The position numbers and the translations under genes are program-made. A stretch of DNA of 64,000 nucleotides, from positions 25,858-89,857 of the forward strand of contig JAKJEM010000006.1 in the NCBI GenBank assembly GCA_022705425.1, written 5' to 3'. Positions 38,274 through 47,460 of the stretch are shown here, piece by piece (position 1 is the stretch's first letter; each line of letters opens with the position of its first letter). The notes beneath the pieces were generated by a model. That model ran no database searches and was not told the origin of the DNA. It was given only the letters and a program-made list of their open reading frames with translations. Source of the DNA: Planctomycetota bacterium. Lineage in GTDB: Bacteria > Planctomycetota > Brocadiia > CAIUPP01.

Positions 38274-39088
38274 TGGAGATTCTGGCGGCGCTCCTGCGTC
38301 ACTTCCGTCCGAGGCTGTGGTTCTTCGCCGCTGCGCATTGCCTGACGGGGATCGTGGCGGCGCAGGGGGCGGGGATACTGCAGAGCGACCTGTGGACGTG
38401 GCTGCAGTACGCGGTGGCGTGCGGATTGTGGTCGGTGTCGCTGGTGGGGGGCGGGGCGGCGCTGTGCGACGCCTTTGCGATGTACGGACAGGACACGCGC
38501 GAGGCGGACGGCTACGTGACGACGCGCGAGCGGCTGGGCTGGATTGCGCTGGCGACGCTGCTGGGGGGAATGGCGCTGTCGCTGCTGATTTCGTGGTCGT
38601 ACTGGGACGCGTATCGTCTGGGGCTGCTGCTGCTGGCGGTGTATGCGGCGCCACCGGTGCGGCTGGCGCGGTGGGCGGGGGGCGATTTCGCTTTGCAGGG
38701 TCTCGGCCTGGGCGCGCTGACCTTCTACGCCGGCATCGCGGCGACGGAGACGGGCCTGCTCGACGGGTACCCCCTTCCGCTCTTCATCGCGGGGTTCTTC
38801 CTGCTCTTCGTGGCGGCGAAGGCCTTCCTGCGCGAGGGGGCGAAGAAGTCGGCCTGGCTCTACTGGACGACACTGGCGGGGGCGTTCGCGTGTTTGTCGG
38901 TGGGCGGGGTGATGGCGGGCGAGCGATGGGCGGCGGCGCTGCTGGTCTTCCCGCTGGGGGTGTGGACGGTGGCGGGGCTGGATCGGTTCGACGCGCGCGC
39001 GACGGGACGGTTCCGAGGGAAGACGTCGGTGTTCGGGGCGTGGCTGCTGACGGACGCGGCCGTGGCGCTGGCGGCGCTGCTGACGTAG
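38270..39088 (+). CDS. Polytopic membrane protein (possible UbiA-like prenyltransferase), hypothetical
   Basis: 7-8 predicted TM helices. Only weak Asp-rich motif (GQDTREADG), so the family call is tentative. Confidence 0.45.
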   Translation: MMEILAALLRHFRPRLWFFAAAHCLTGIVAAQGAGILQSDLWTWLQYAVACGLWSVSLVGGGAALCDAFAMYGQDTREADGYVTTRERLGWIALATLLGGMALSLLISWSYWDAYRLGLLLLAVYAAPPVRLARWAGGDFALQGLGLGALTFYAGIAATETGLLDGYPLPLFIAGFFLLFVAAKAFLREGAKKSAWLYWTTLAGAFACLSVGGVMAGERWAAALLVFPLGVWTVAGLDRFDARATGRFRGKTSVFGAWLLTDAAVALAALLT

Positions 39089-39094
39089 GCGGGG

Positions 39095-41266
39095 CTAGAG
39101 CAGGAAACGGCGGCTGATCATTCGGCGGAACTCGCGCCAGAGTTGAACGCCCAGGGGGTCGCTGCTGACGACGAAACGCGCGCGCCCGGTGGCGCCGACG
39201 GGCAGCGTCTCGACGTCGCGATCGAGGATCACGTCCACGCGATACCAAGGCATGAGGGTGCGGTCTCGCGCCTTGGGATCCAGGAGGACCGGTCCGCCGC
39301 CGGCGTCGGTGAGGGAGACGTCCGGCGGGGTGAAGGTGGCGGAGGGGTGGATGCGCTCGATTCGGCCTTCATAGACGCGCGCGGGATCGCTGCGGAACTT
39401 GATGCGGACGGGCCGGTCGGCGGCGGCACGAATAGCGGGAAGGTCGGTGGTTTCGACCACAACGCAGACGCGGAGTCGGTCGGCGGAGGCGACGCGGCAG
39501 AAGACGTCGCCGAGTTGGAGGTACTTGCCGCGCGTTTCGTCGAGGTCCGGGGCGTCGAGGCGGCCGTCGAAGGGGGCGCGGAAGGTGAGGGCGCGGGCGC
39601 GCGCCTGGAGGGTGTCGAGACCCTTGTGCAGGCCGGCGAGGCGCACACGCTCGGCGCGCGCGGCGCCCTGGTCCTGGGCTTCGAGCATCCGCAGGCGGGC
39701 GGCGGATCCCCGGATGCGGGCTTCAAGTTCGGCGATCTGGAAGTCCAACGTCTCATTGCGCAGTGTGCCGAGGACGCGGTCCTTGGACACGCGCTCGCCG
39801 TCGTGGACGGAAACCTCGGTGAGAAAGCCGGGCCACTCGGCGCGAAGGACAGCGAGGTCCGCCGGCTCCAGGACGCAGGGGCAGCGGACGCCTTCGGGCA
39901 GCGGCACGGCCACGAGCAGGGCAGCCAGGACGGCAACGCCGGCGGCCAGGACGCCGGCCGCGCGCCAGCGCACGGGGCGGGTGGCGGGGTCGAAGAGGCA
40001 GTACTTGACCATCTTGACGGCCGGCGTCACGAGCCAGAGGATGGCGATAATGACCGCAAGGAGGATTCCCAGGATGAAGAGCTGCGAGGCGATGAAGAGG
40101 ATGATTCCGACGGCAATGATCGTGCGATAGATGGTGGCGAGGATGCCGTAGCCGAGGTACCAGGCGCGCTCGCGCGGGGTGGCCGGGGTCATCGTCACCT
40201 GCGCGCCGATGAGGCGCTTCTTGAGCAGATCGGTGATGTACTTGGTCGAGCGCTGGCGGAGGTTGGGGATTTCGATCAGGTCGGCGAGGATATAGTAGGC
40301 GTCATAGCGAAGGAGCGGGTTTCCGTTGAAGAGGAGGGAGGAGACGCTGGCGACGAAGATGACGTTGTAGCAGACGCTCTTGAGGACGCCGGGTTCCAGG
40401 GAGAGCCAGGCGAAGAGGGCGAGGGCGGCGACAAAGAACTCGACCATCATTCCAGCCGCGCCGATGAGGATCTTCTGCCACTTGGACTGAAGCCCCCAGG
40501 CCGGGGTGACATCCACATAGGGCATGGGCATGAAGATGATGAGCATGATCCCCATGCGATGGACCTCGACGCCGTGACAACGCGCGGCATAGGCGTGGCC
40601 GAACTCGTGGAGGGACTTGACGATGACGAAAGCCAGATAGAGGTAGAGGAGGTTGTCGGGGGCGAGGATTCCGTTGGCGGGCTGGGCGAGGGCGCGGATG
40701 TTGTAGGCCAGGGCGACGGCGGCCGCGCCGACGACGGCCAGCCACAGGAAGAAGACCCAGCGGCTGAAGACCCAGCGGACCCAGGGCATCGTTTCGATGA
40801 GGAAACGGTCGGGGTCGAGCAGGGGAATTGTGGCATACATGAAGTTGGAGAGGCGCCCGAGGGTGCGCTGACGTCGCTTCTTGGCCGCGCGTTCGACGTG
40901 CCACTTGCTGTCGTCGGCGCCTTCGGGGGTGGTCAGGTTGGCCTGGCGGAGCATGAAGGCGAACTGGGCGAGGTCGCGGAAGGACGGAGCCCGGGAGCCG
41001 AGCTTCGCCTTGAGGGCGTCGTGGATTTCGCCGAGGGTGGTCCGCCCGTCGAGGCGGTCGAGGATTTCGCGCTCGTCGCGTCCGATGCGGTAGAACTGGA
41101 GGGTGATGGGGTCCTGCAGGACAAACCACTGCTCCCCGCGGAAGCTCTGCGGGGTGACGACGGCGTCGTGCCGGAGACGGGGCTTGAGGCGGCGGAGTTG
41201 GGGGCCGTATTCCTCGAATTCGAGGTCTCGGCTGAGGTCGTCCTCGGGCTTTTCGACTCGACTCAT
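39095..41266 (-). CDS. Fusion protein: N-terminal soluble domain, site-2-protease-like peptidase M50 membrane domain (HEFGH), and a C-terminal HlyD/membrane-fusion-protein periplasmic domain
   Basis: HExxH (SLHEFGHAYAARCHG) within multiple TM helices; C-terminal biotin-lipoyl-like, coiled-coil (ELEARIRGSAARLRMLEAQDQ) and beta-barrel segments. One-nucleotide gap to the upstream gene. Confidence 0.75.
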   Translation of the reverse strand: MSRVEKPEDDLSRDLEFEEYGPQLRRLKPRLRHDAVVTPQSFRGEQWFVLQDPITLQFYRIGRDEREILDRLDGRTTLGEIHDALKAKLGSRAPSFRDLAQFAFMLRQANLTTPEGADDSKWHVERAAKKRRQRTLGRLSNFMYATIPLLDPDRFLIETMPWVRWVFSRWVFFLWLAVVGAAAVALAYNIRALAQPANGILAPDNLLYLYLAFVIVKSLHEFGHAYAARCHGVEVHRMGIMLIIFMPMPYVDVTPAWGLQSKWQKILIGAAGMMVEFFVAALALFAWLSLEPGVLKSVCYNVIFVASVSSLLFNGNPLLRYDAYYILADLIEIPNLRQRSTKYITDLLKKRLIGAQVTMTPATPRERAWYLGYGILATIYRTIIAVGIILFIASQLFILGILLAVIIAILWLVTPAVKMVKYCLFDPATRPVRWRAAGVLAAGVAVLAALLVAVPLPEGVRCPCVLEPADLAVLRAEWPGFLTEVSVHDGERVSKDRVLGTLRNETLDFQIAELEARIRGSAARLRMLEAQDQGAARAERVRLAGLHKGLDTLQARARALTFRAPFDGRLDAPDLDETRGKYLQLGDVFCRVASADRLRVCVVVETTDLPAIRAAADRPVRIKFRSDPARVYEGRIERIHPSATFTPPDVSLTDAGGGPVLLDPKARDRTLMPWYRVDVILDRDVETLPVGATGRARFVVSSDPLGVQLWREFRRMISRRFLL

Positions 41267-41267
41267 G

Positions 41268-43172
41268 TCACCACCACAGGCGCAGACGCAGCCAGTTGAG
41301 GAGCTTGCGGGAGGCCACCCAGGTCACGTTGCGCCGCCCAGCCTTGAGACGGGCCACGCCTTCAATGCCGGGGCGAAGCGAGCCGTCGGGATTGGGGACA
41401 AGGGCCTCGGCGACATAGACGTTTTCGCCGTCGCGGGTTTCGGGCATGGGGTGCAGTTTGGAGAGCTTGAAGGGAACGACCTCATCGGGCTGGGCGCGGG
41501 TGGTGAACTCGCCCTGCATTCCGAGGCGGACGTGGGCGATGTCCTCCTGGGCGATGGAGATTTCGAGGATGAGTTTGTCGAGGGGGGCGACTTCGAGGAG
41601 TTCCTGCCCGGTGCGCACGGGGCGTCCGATATCGCGGGAGAGGTCGCCGCGCAGGAGCAGTCCGGGAAAATCGGCCTCGACGCGGGCCTTTTCGGCGTGG
41701 CGCTGGAGGAGGGCGATCTCGGCGGCAAGGGCGTCGGCGCGCGCCTGGGCTTCGGCATAGCGCGAGAGCTTCTGTTCGGCGAGATAGGAGGCCATTTCCT
41801 TCTCGACGCTGGCGCGCTTGGCGAGAGACTCGCGGAGCTGGAGGTCAATCTCGTCGCGGTCGAAGCTGAGGAGGAGGCTTCCCACGGCGACCTCGTCGCC
41901 GGGGCGAAGGGGCGCCTCTTTGATGGTCGTGTCATACGGGGCGGCGTAGATGCGGCGGAAGGAGGGCGTGAGGACGCAGTTGCCGGAGAGGTTGAAGTCC
42001 CACCGCCCGAAGACCGCAAAGGCGAGAAGGGCCAGAAGGGCGGCGATGGCGGCGCGCCGCCCGGGGTGCTCGCGCCCGAAGACCCAACGGACGGCGGCGC
42101 GCGTGGCGTCGCCGAGGCGGCGGGCAAGGGGACGTTCATTCAACTGGGCCAGGCGGAGGATGGGGCCGATCTGGCCGGCGGCGACGTCAATGACCTCGCG
42201 CGCGCCGGGGGGGAGTTCGTCGGCGGCGAATTCGAGGGTCCAGACACCGACAAGTTCGCGGTCCTTGCGGAGTGGAACGCTGTAGATGACGCGCGCGCCG
42301 GCCTTGGCGGCGAGTTCGTCGTGCTGGGGGCTGCGGCTGCGCTGGGCGGCGCGGGCCTCTCCGGCGAGCGCGACGGCATAGAGGATGGGTTCGCCGGCGA
42401 GGGCCGTCTCGGTCTGCGCGGCGCGCAGGAGGCGAACCATGTTGCTTCGCGCGTCGAGGGTGTCTTCACCGGAGACGGCGGCGACGGAGGTCTTTGCGCC
42501 GCGGACGAAGCCGAAGGTGACGCGTTCGGCGTTGAAGGCGGTCTTGGCGCGGTTGGCCGCGACGTGCGCCATATCGTGCGATCGGGTGAAGGCGGTCATC
42601 TCCCCCACCAGCGCCCAGGCGGCGGAGAGGGCGCGGTAGGCGGCGCGGCCCTCTTCGGACCCGCGACGGGTGGAATAGAGCCCCATCATGGCCGCAACCA
42701 GCCGAAGCATGGCCAGGCGTCCGTCGGTGAGGACGCCGGACTTGAGGCCGACGGCGAGCGTGGCGCACTGCGCGGGGGATTCCGGGGCGCACAGGGGAAT
42801 CGCCAGCGCAACGAGGTCGCCCCCGGCGGCGACGCGCTCGGGGGGTTCGGGGAGGGAACGGGTCTGGATGACGCCGGACTGAACGGCGGCGGTGGCGGCT
42901 TCGGAGAGGCGCTGAGCCCAGGCCTGGGCCGTGGCTTCAGTGACGCGGGGGGCGATCTGCATCACGGGTCGCAGGGCGCCGCCGTCCTCGCGCCGCCACA
43001 GGGCGCCGTGCCAGGCTTCGGAAAGGCCGACCAGTCCGCGCAGGACTTCGGCCATGACGCCCTCTGCGGCGCCATCGGCAAGGCACATCTTCTCGAGGCG
43101 CTCGATCAGCGCCACGAGGGGCCAGGTTTGTCCCGGCGCGCCGGGCTGCGTCCGTTGTTCGCCGCTCATCAT
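41268..43172 (-). CDS. GAF-GAF-TM-HlyD: membrane fusion (HlyD-family) protein with a roughly 380-aa cytoplasmic tandem GAF-like sensor domain
   Basis: GAF-like ends (VALAIPLCAPESPAQCATLAVGLKSGVLTD...; VIYSVPLRKDRELVGVWTLEFAADELPPGAREVIDVAAGQIGPIL); TM AAIAALLALLAFAVF; HlyD periplasmic portion with coiled-coil and beta-barrel. Confidence 0.7.
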   Translation of the reverse strand: MMSGEQRTQPGAPGQTWPLVALIERLEKMCLADGAAEGVMAEVLRGLVGLSEAWHGALWRREDGGALRPVMQIAPRVTEATAQAWAQRLSEAATAAVQSGVIQTRSLPEPPERVAAGGDLVALAIPLCAPESPAQCATLAVGLKSGVLTDGRLAMLRLVAAMMGLYSTRRGSEEGRAAYRALSAAWALVGEMTAFTRSHDMAHVAANRAKTAFNAERVTFGFVRGAKTSVAAVSGEDTLDARSNMVRLLRAAQTETALAGEPILYAVALAGEARAAQRSRSPQHDELAAKAGARVIYSVPLRKDRELVGVWTLEFAADELPPGAREVIDVAAGQIGPILRLAQLNERPLARRLGDATRAAVRWVFGREHPGRRAAIAALLALLAFAVFGRWDFNLSGNCVLTPSFRRIYAAPYDTTIKEAPLRPGDEVAVGSLLLSFDRDEIDLQLRESLAKRASVEKEMASYLAEQKLSRYAEAQARADALAAEIALLQRHAEKARVEADFPGLLLRGDLSRDIGRPVRTGQELLEVAPLDKLILEISIAQEDIAHVRLGMQGEFTTRAQPDEVVPFKLSKLHPMPETRDGENVYVAEALVPNPDGSLRPGIEGVARLKAGRRNVTWVASRKLLNWLRLRLWW

Positions 43173-43281
43173 TCAAGCTTCCCGACGTCCGCTGCGCCCT
43201 CATCGCGCGCGGCGTCATCCTCTGAAAACGGCCCTGGATTCCCCTCGGGCGGCGTCGCCGTTCGACGCGGGCCCGTCCCCC

Positions 43282-43623
43282 TCACCCGAAGCGCGGGCGC
43301 GGCTGGTCCGGCGGGCGCGGCGGAGGCGCGCCGGGGATGACGTTGATTGTGCCGTGGACGGATTCGTATTGCTGGAGCACGCCGCCGAGGGCCAGGGCCA
43401 GTCGCTTCGCCGCCGGATAGGTCATGATGACGCGGCTTGAGACGTCCACTTCCGTGGGTGTGCCCGGCTGGGGCGGGTTGAGGTTGAGCGCGAAGTTGAG
43501 GATGATCTCCTCGGGGGTGCTGGTGATGACGGCGAAGTTGGCGTAGTTCGTCACCGTCTTTTCCCAGTGCATTCGCAGCATACCGCTGTGGTCGGGCTTC
43601 TCATCCGGCTTCTTGTCGGCCAT
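43282..43623 (-). CDS. DUF3467-family small protein
   Basis: YANFAVITSTPEEIILNF...SSRVIMTYPAAKRLALALGGVLQQYESVHGTI matches the DUF3467 pattern. GGGAG RBS; 113 aa. Confidence 0.6.
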   Translation of the reverse strand: MADKKPDEKPDHSGMLRMHWEKTVTNYANFAVITSTPEEIILNFALNLNPPQPGTPTEVDVSSRVIMTYPAAKRLALALGGVLQQYESVHGTINVIPGAPPPRPPDQPRPRFG

Positions 43624-43639
43624 GCGTGTTCTCCCAGAG

Positions 43640-44494
43640 TTACCGGCTGAGCGGAACGGAGAGCGCGCCCTTGGCGCCGGCGGCGATACGTCCGCCGGGA
43701 TTGGGCAGAGTGAACTTGACGCGGTACATGCCGCTGGCGGGGTCCACGACGTTGTCCACGACGGCGACGTTGCAGGAGAGGGTCTGGCCGGGCATGTTTT
43801 CGAGGGTCAGGCGCCCTTGGGTTCCGGGCGCGATGCGACCGGAGGTGGCAATGGGCAGGTTGGCGATGACGTAGAGGGGGTCCACGCAGCAGATGCTGGC
43901 GACGGGGGTGCGCTCCTGGACGGCCTCCCCTTCGCGTTTGTAGATGCGGACGACGGTGGCGTCGTGGGGGGCGCGGACCTGGGTGCGTCGGATGGCTTCG
44001 TCGTCGCGCTGGACGGCGACTTCGATCATCTTGAGCTGGGCTTTGGCGTTATCCACGCCCAGGCGCGCGAGTTCCATCTCCAAGCGGGCCTTGTCGTGGT
44101 CCTCGTGCGACATGATCTTCTTCTCGAAGAGGGCGGCGACGCGGTCGAGGTCCATCTTGCGCTGGGTGAAGGTGGCCTCGGAGGCCGTCACCTGTACGCG
44201 GGCGGACTCGAGGCGAGAGAGGGTGACGGCGCGCTCGGCCTTGAGCAGGTCGGAGCGCAGTTCGACGAGGAGTTGCCCTTCCTTGACGGCATCGCCCTCT
44301 TCGCAGTGGACCTTCTGAACGACGCCGCCGGCGTCGGTGGCCAGTTCCACCATGCGGAAGGGGACGGTGAAGGCCGTGGCTTCCGCGACCTCCGGCCCCT
44401 TGGGCGCGGGGGCCTGGCCCGGTGCGGAGGATGCCGCCCAGAGCAGCCAAGCGCAAAGACCCGCCGCACAGGCGGGCTGTAGCGAGATTCGCAA
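43640..44494 (-). CDS. Secreted periplasmic adaptor / membrane fusion protein (RND/HlyD_D23-like)
   Basis: TTG start with GGAGGAGGAG RBS; signal peptide MRISLQPACAAGLCAWLLWAASSAPGQA; biotin-lipoyl (GVVQKVHCEEGDAVKEGQLLVELRS), helical hairpin, beta-barrel (VRAPHDATVVRIYKREGEAV). Confidence 0.7.
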   Translation of the reverse strand: MRISLQPACAAGLCAWLLWAASSAPGQAPAPKGPEVAEATAFTVPFRMVELATDAGGVVQKVHCEEGDAVKEGQLLVELRSDLLKAERAVTLSRLESARVQVTASEATFTQRKMDLDRVAALFEKKIMSHEDHDKARLEMELARLGVDNAKAQLKMIEVAVQRDDEAIRRTQVRAPHDATVVRIYKREGEAVQERTPVASICCVDPLYVIANLPIATSGRIAPGTQGRLTLENMPGQTLSCNVAVVDNVVDPASGMYRVKFTLPNPGGRIAAGAKGALSVPLSR

Positions 44495-44533
44495 GGGGTT
44501 CTCCTCCTCCTGAGACACGACCGTCCTTGAAGG

Positions 44534-44563
44534 AGGATATCGCGGGCGGGGCTTCCGTGTCAA
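44534..44563 (-). promoter_or_regulatory. Candidate promoter TTGACA-N17-GATATC for the adaptor/M50 cluster
   Basis: Reverse complement: ccgaTTGACAcggaagccccgcccgcgATATCCtcc. Placement supports the TTG 44494 start. Confidence 0.3.
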
Positions 44564-44688
44564 TCGGCGGACGGGGGCGAGGGCTTCGATCCAAGGGTCG
44601 CTCACGGGTCGGGCAAGGCGCGACTTGCCTCTGTCCGCGTCAAGTGCTACGCTCGCCCGTCGGCTGACGGTACGGCATCTCGCGGGGA

Positions 44689-46113
44689 ATGCGTTTGCGG
44701 AGGCATCCAGTGGAATGGTTGTTCGACGATGCGGCGCTGGACCGTTCTGCGGGCGTGCGGCGCACGCTGGCGATGCCCCGAAAGGAACCCGTTCCGGTAC
44801 TGCGCCCGGAGCGCCCGTGGGAGCAGGCCGGGCTGGTGGGAACCCTTTCACCCTTCTACGACCGCACGCGCCGGCTCTTCCGGCTGTGGTACCGCGCGCG
44901 GATGCCGGGCGCGCCGCGACGCACCTTTCTCTGCTATGCCGAAAGCCCGGATGCCGTCCATTGGACGCGCCCGGCGCTGGGGTTGTCGGATTTCACCGGG
45001 TTCGCCGGGAACAACATTGTGCGTGAGATCGGCGAAGCGGATTCGGTCTTCTGGAACATCGTGTTCGACGCGGACGATCCGGATCCGGCGCGGCGCTACA
45101 AGGCGCTGGGGTTCGACCATACTCCCGAGGGCAACGGGATCTGCGTAGCCTACTCCCCGGACGGGTTCCGCTGGCCGACGCCGCCCCGGCAGGCGCTGCC
45201 GACGAGCCAGGTGACCGACGCCGACTGCCTCTTCCCGCGGCGCGACCCACTGTCCGGGAAGTGGGTGGGGTTCTTTCGCCCCCGGACGGCGCCCAAGCGC
45301 CGCTTCCTTGGCTTGTCCGAGAGCGATGATTTCGACCATTGGACGCGCCCGCGCATGCTCTTGACGCCGGACGCGCAGGACGAGGAGTGGACGGAGTTCT
45401 ACGGTCTGGCGGCGGCGTGTCTGGGTGAGTGGCGCGTGGGGGCGATGTGGGTCTATCGCAACCACCCGGACTACTCGCCGATGACCACGGAGTTGGTGTA
45501 TTCGCGCGAGGGACGCGCGTACCACCGCGCCTTCCCTCGCCGGAAGTTCGTCCCCCTCGGGCCCGCCGGGGCGTTCGACTGCCGGATGATCATGCCGGTC
45601 GCGCTCGTGGAGCACGGCCCGGAGTTCCTGATCTTCTACAGCGGCTGGAACCGCGAGCACGGCTCGGACCGCGGGATGCCCATGCAGAACAAGGAGGCCG
45701 CCCTGTGCGAACCCCTGAAGACGGGGATCGGCCTGGCGCGGGTGAACAAACACCATCTCTGCGGCCTGCAGGCGGAGGGGAGCGGCGTCATTGAGAGCCG
45801 CTGGCTCTGCAACTACGGCGAGAGCGGCGTGCTCCTTGCGGCAGACATCGCTCCGAGTGGAACAATCCTCGTGGAGTTGCTCGATCAGTACGGGAAGGTC
45901 CTTCCGGGATGGTCCGGCAGAGAGAGCCGTCTGGCGCCGTGTGGCGACGGAAGGTTCCGTTGCCTGTGGAGCGGGGACCGGTCCGCCCAACCGGGGCGCG
46001 CGAGTCCCGAAGGCGGGACGATTGGACATGTGCTGAAACTTCGGCTGTGCATCCACAAAGCGACGCTCTGCGGTTTCCAGGCGGGCGATGCGCCGGGCGC
46101 CGGACCGGCTTAG
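44689..46113 (+). CDS. Glycoside-hydrolase-like beta-propeller protein; paralog of 23644-25137
   Basis: N-terminus VEWLFDDAAL...ERPWEQ aligns with VDWTLIDAG...DRPWED of the paralog; further shared motifs throughout. Confidence 0.55.
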   Translation: MRLRRHPVEWLFDDAALDRSAGVRRTLAMPRKEPVPVLRPERPWEQAGLVGTLSPFYDRTRRLFRLWYRARMPGAPRRTFLCYAESPDAVHWTRPALGLSDFTGFAGNNIVREIGEADSVFWNIVFDADDPDPARRYKALGFDHTPEGNGICVAYSPDGFRWPTPPRQALPTSQVTDADCLFPRRDPLSGKWVGFFRPRTAPKRRFLGLSESDDFDHWTRPRMLLTPDAQDEEWTEFYGLAAACLGEWRVGAMWVYRNHPDYSPMTTELVYSREGRAYHRAFPRRKFVPLGPAGAFDCRMIMPVALVEHGPEFLIFYSGWNREHGSDRGMPMQNKEAALCEPLKTGIGLARVNKHHLCGLQAEGSGVIESRWLCNYGESGVLLAADIAPSGTILVELLDQYGKVLPGWSGRESRLAPCGDGRFRCLWSGDRSAQPGRASPEGGTIGHVLKLRLCIHKATLCGFQAGDAPGAGPA

Positions 46114-46134
46114 GGGACGCCGGCGAACGGCAGC

Positions 46135-46150
46135 CGACAGACGACGACAG
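46135..46150. repeat. GAC-rich motif GACAGACGACGACAGG, related to the repeats at 26128 and 62041
   Basis: Intergenic, upstream of the GT4 gene. Confidence 0.35.
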
Positions 46151-46287
46151 GCGAGGATGCCTGCGCGGGGTAACGGCTGCACGGCGGGAACGGGGTGGGC
46201 GCTTCGGGCGGTCCCTTGCGCCTTGCGGGATGTGCGGATATGCTGGGGCCGTTGATGTCTCGGAATGAATGCTTGGGGAAGGGATTC

Positions 46288-47454
46288 ATGCGTCCGCCGA
46301 TCACGGTTCTCTATGTCAACCACTGTTCGCAAGTCTCGGGGGCGGAGGAAAGCCTCCTGTCGCTGATGGCGCGGCTGGACCGGAACGCGTTCAACCCGGT
46401 ACTGGCCTGCCCTCCCGGGGAGTTGGCGCGGCGGGCCGGGGAGGTCGGCGTTCCAGCGCACACGATGCCGCTGCAGCGTTTCCGGCGCACTTGGAACCCC
46501 TTGCGGCTGGCGGGATATGCGGCGGGATGGCCGTATGGGCGACACCGGATACGCCGTGCAGCGCGGGCGTGCGGGGCGCGGATCATTCACTCGAACAGCG
46601 CAACGGCGCATCTTTACGCTTCGGGCGCGGCGGCGGCCCTGCGGCTGCCGGCGATCTGGCACTCGCGCGATCTGCGCCCGCTGCCGTTTCCGGCGCTGGC
46701 GTTGTGCCGCCGGGCGGACCGGGTGGTTGCGGTTTCGGAGGCGGTGGCGGATTTCTTGTCGCAGGAGGGTCTGACGCGCCCGCGCGTGACGCGCATCTAC
46801 AACGGGATAGACGCGGCGGCGTGGCGCGCCCGTGTGACGGGGACCGACGCGCGCGCGGGACTGGGGCTGGACGCTTCGGCGCGGGTGATCCTGATGCCGG
46901 CGCAGTTCGTGCCGTGGAAGCGCCACGAGGATGCGCTGCGGATGATGCCGACGCTGCTGGCGCACGAACCGGCGGCGCGACTGGTGCTGGCGGGATCGGA
47001 CGCCTTTGGGGATCATCGGAAGCTGGAGGCGTCGCTGCGGGCGCTGGCGGCGGAGCTGGTGATCTCGGACAAGGTTGTTTTCGCCGGGGCGCGGGGGCAC
47101 ATTCCGGACCTGATGGCGACGTCGGAGATCGTGCTGATCCCGTCGGAGGGGGAACCCTTCGGGCGGGTGGCCATCGAGGCGATGGCGCTGGGAAAGCCCG
47201 TGGTGGGGACGCGGGCGGGAGGGCTGCCGGAGGTGGTGCGCGACGGGGAGACGGGCCTGCTGACGGCACCGTGCGCGCCGCAGAGCCTGGCAACGGCGTG
47301 CGCGCGGTTGCTGCTGAACCGCGGCCTGGCGCGCCGTCTGGGCGAGGCCGGCTACAGCCGGGTGCTGGCGCGGTTCAACATTGACCACGTGGCCCAGGAG
47401 ACGCAGACGCTCTACGAAGCGGTTCTGCACCCCCCGCTGCGTTTCAGGCGCTGA
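46288..47454 (+). CDS. Glycosyltransferase family 4 (GT-B)
   Basis: C-terminal EGEPFGRVAIEAMALGKPVVGTRAGGLPEVV GT4 motif. RBS GGGGAAGGGA. Confidence 0.8.
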   Translation: MRPPITVLYVNHCSQVSGAEESLLSLMARLDRNAFNPVLACPPGELARRAGEVGVPAHTMPLQRFRRTWNPLRLAGYAAGWPYGRHRIRRAARACGARIIHSNSATAHLYASGAAAALRLPAIWHSRDLRPLPFPALALCRRADRVVAVSEAVADFLSQEGLTRPRVTRIYNGIDAAAWRARVTGTDARAGLGLDASARVILMPAQFVPWKRHEDALRMMPTLLAHEPAARLVLAGSDAFGDHRKLEASLRALAAELVISDKVVFAGARGHIPDLMATSEIVLIPSEGEPFGRVAIEAMALGKPVVGTRAGGLPEVVRDGETGLLTAPCAPQSLATACARLLLNRGLARRLGEAGYSRVLARFNIDHVAQETQTLYEAVLHPPLRFRR

Positions 47455-47460
47455 CCCCCC

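Noticed and set aside
39143-43340. Two long plus-strand ORFs (718 and 745 aa) antisense to the M50-HlyD and GAF-HlyD genes
   Set aside because: Gly/Asp/Glu/Ala-rich composition-driven ORFs. The minus-strand genes carry HExxH, TM, coiled-coil and GAF signatures and translational coupling.
43640-44851. Long 403-aa version of the secreted MFP gene starting at 44851
   Set aside because: The N-terminal 119 residues are Pro/Arg/Ala-rich with no homology. A GGAGGAGGAG RBS and a candidate promoter sit inside that extension, supporting the TTG 44494 start that yields a clean signal peptide.
44848-47430. 860-aa minus-strand ORF antisense to the glycosidase paralog and the GT4 gene
   Set aside because: Arg/Pro/Gln-rich composition artefact. 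The plus-strand genes have homology support.
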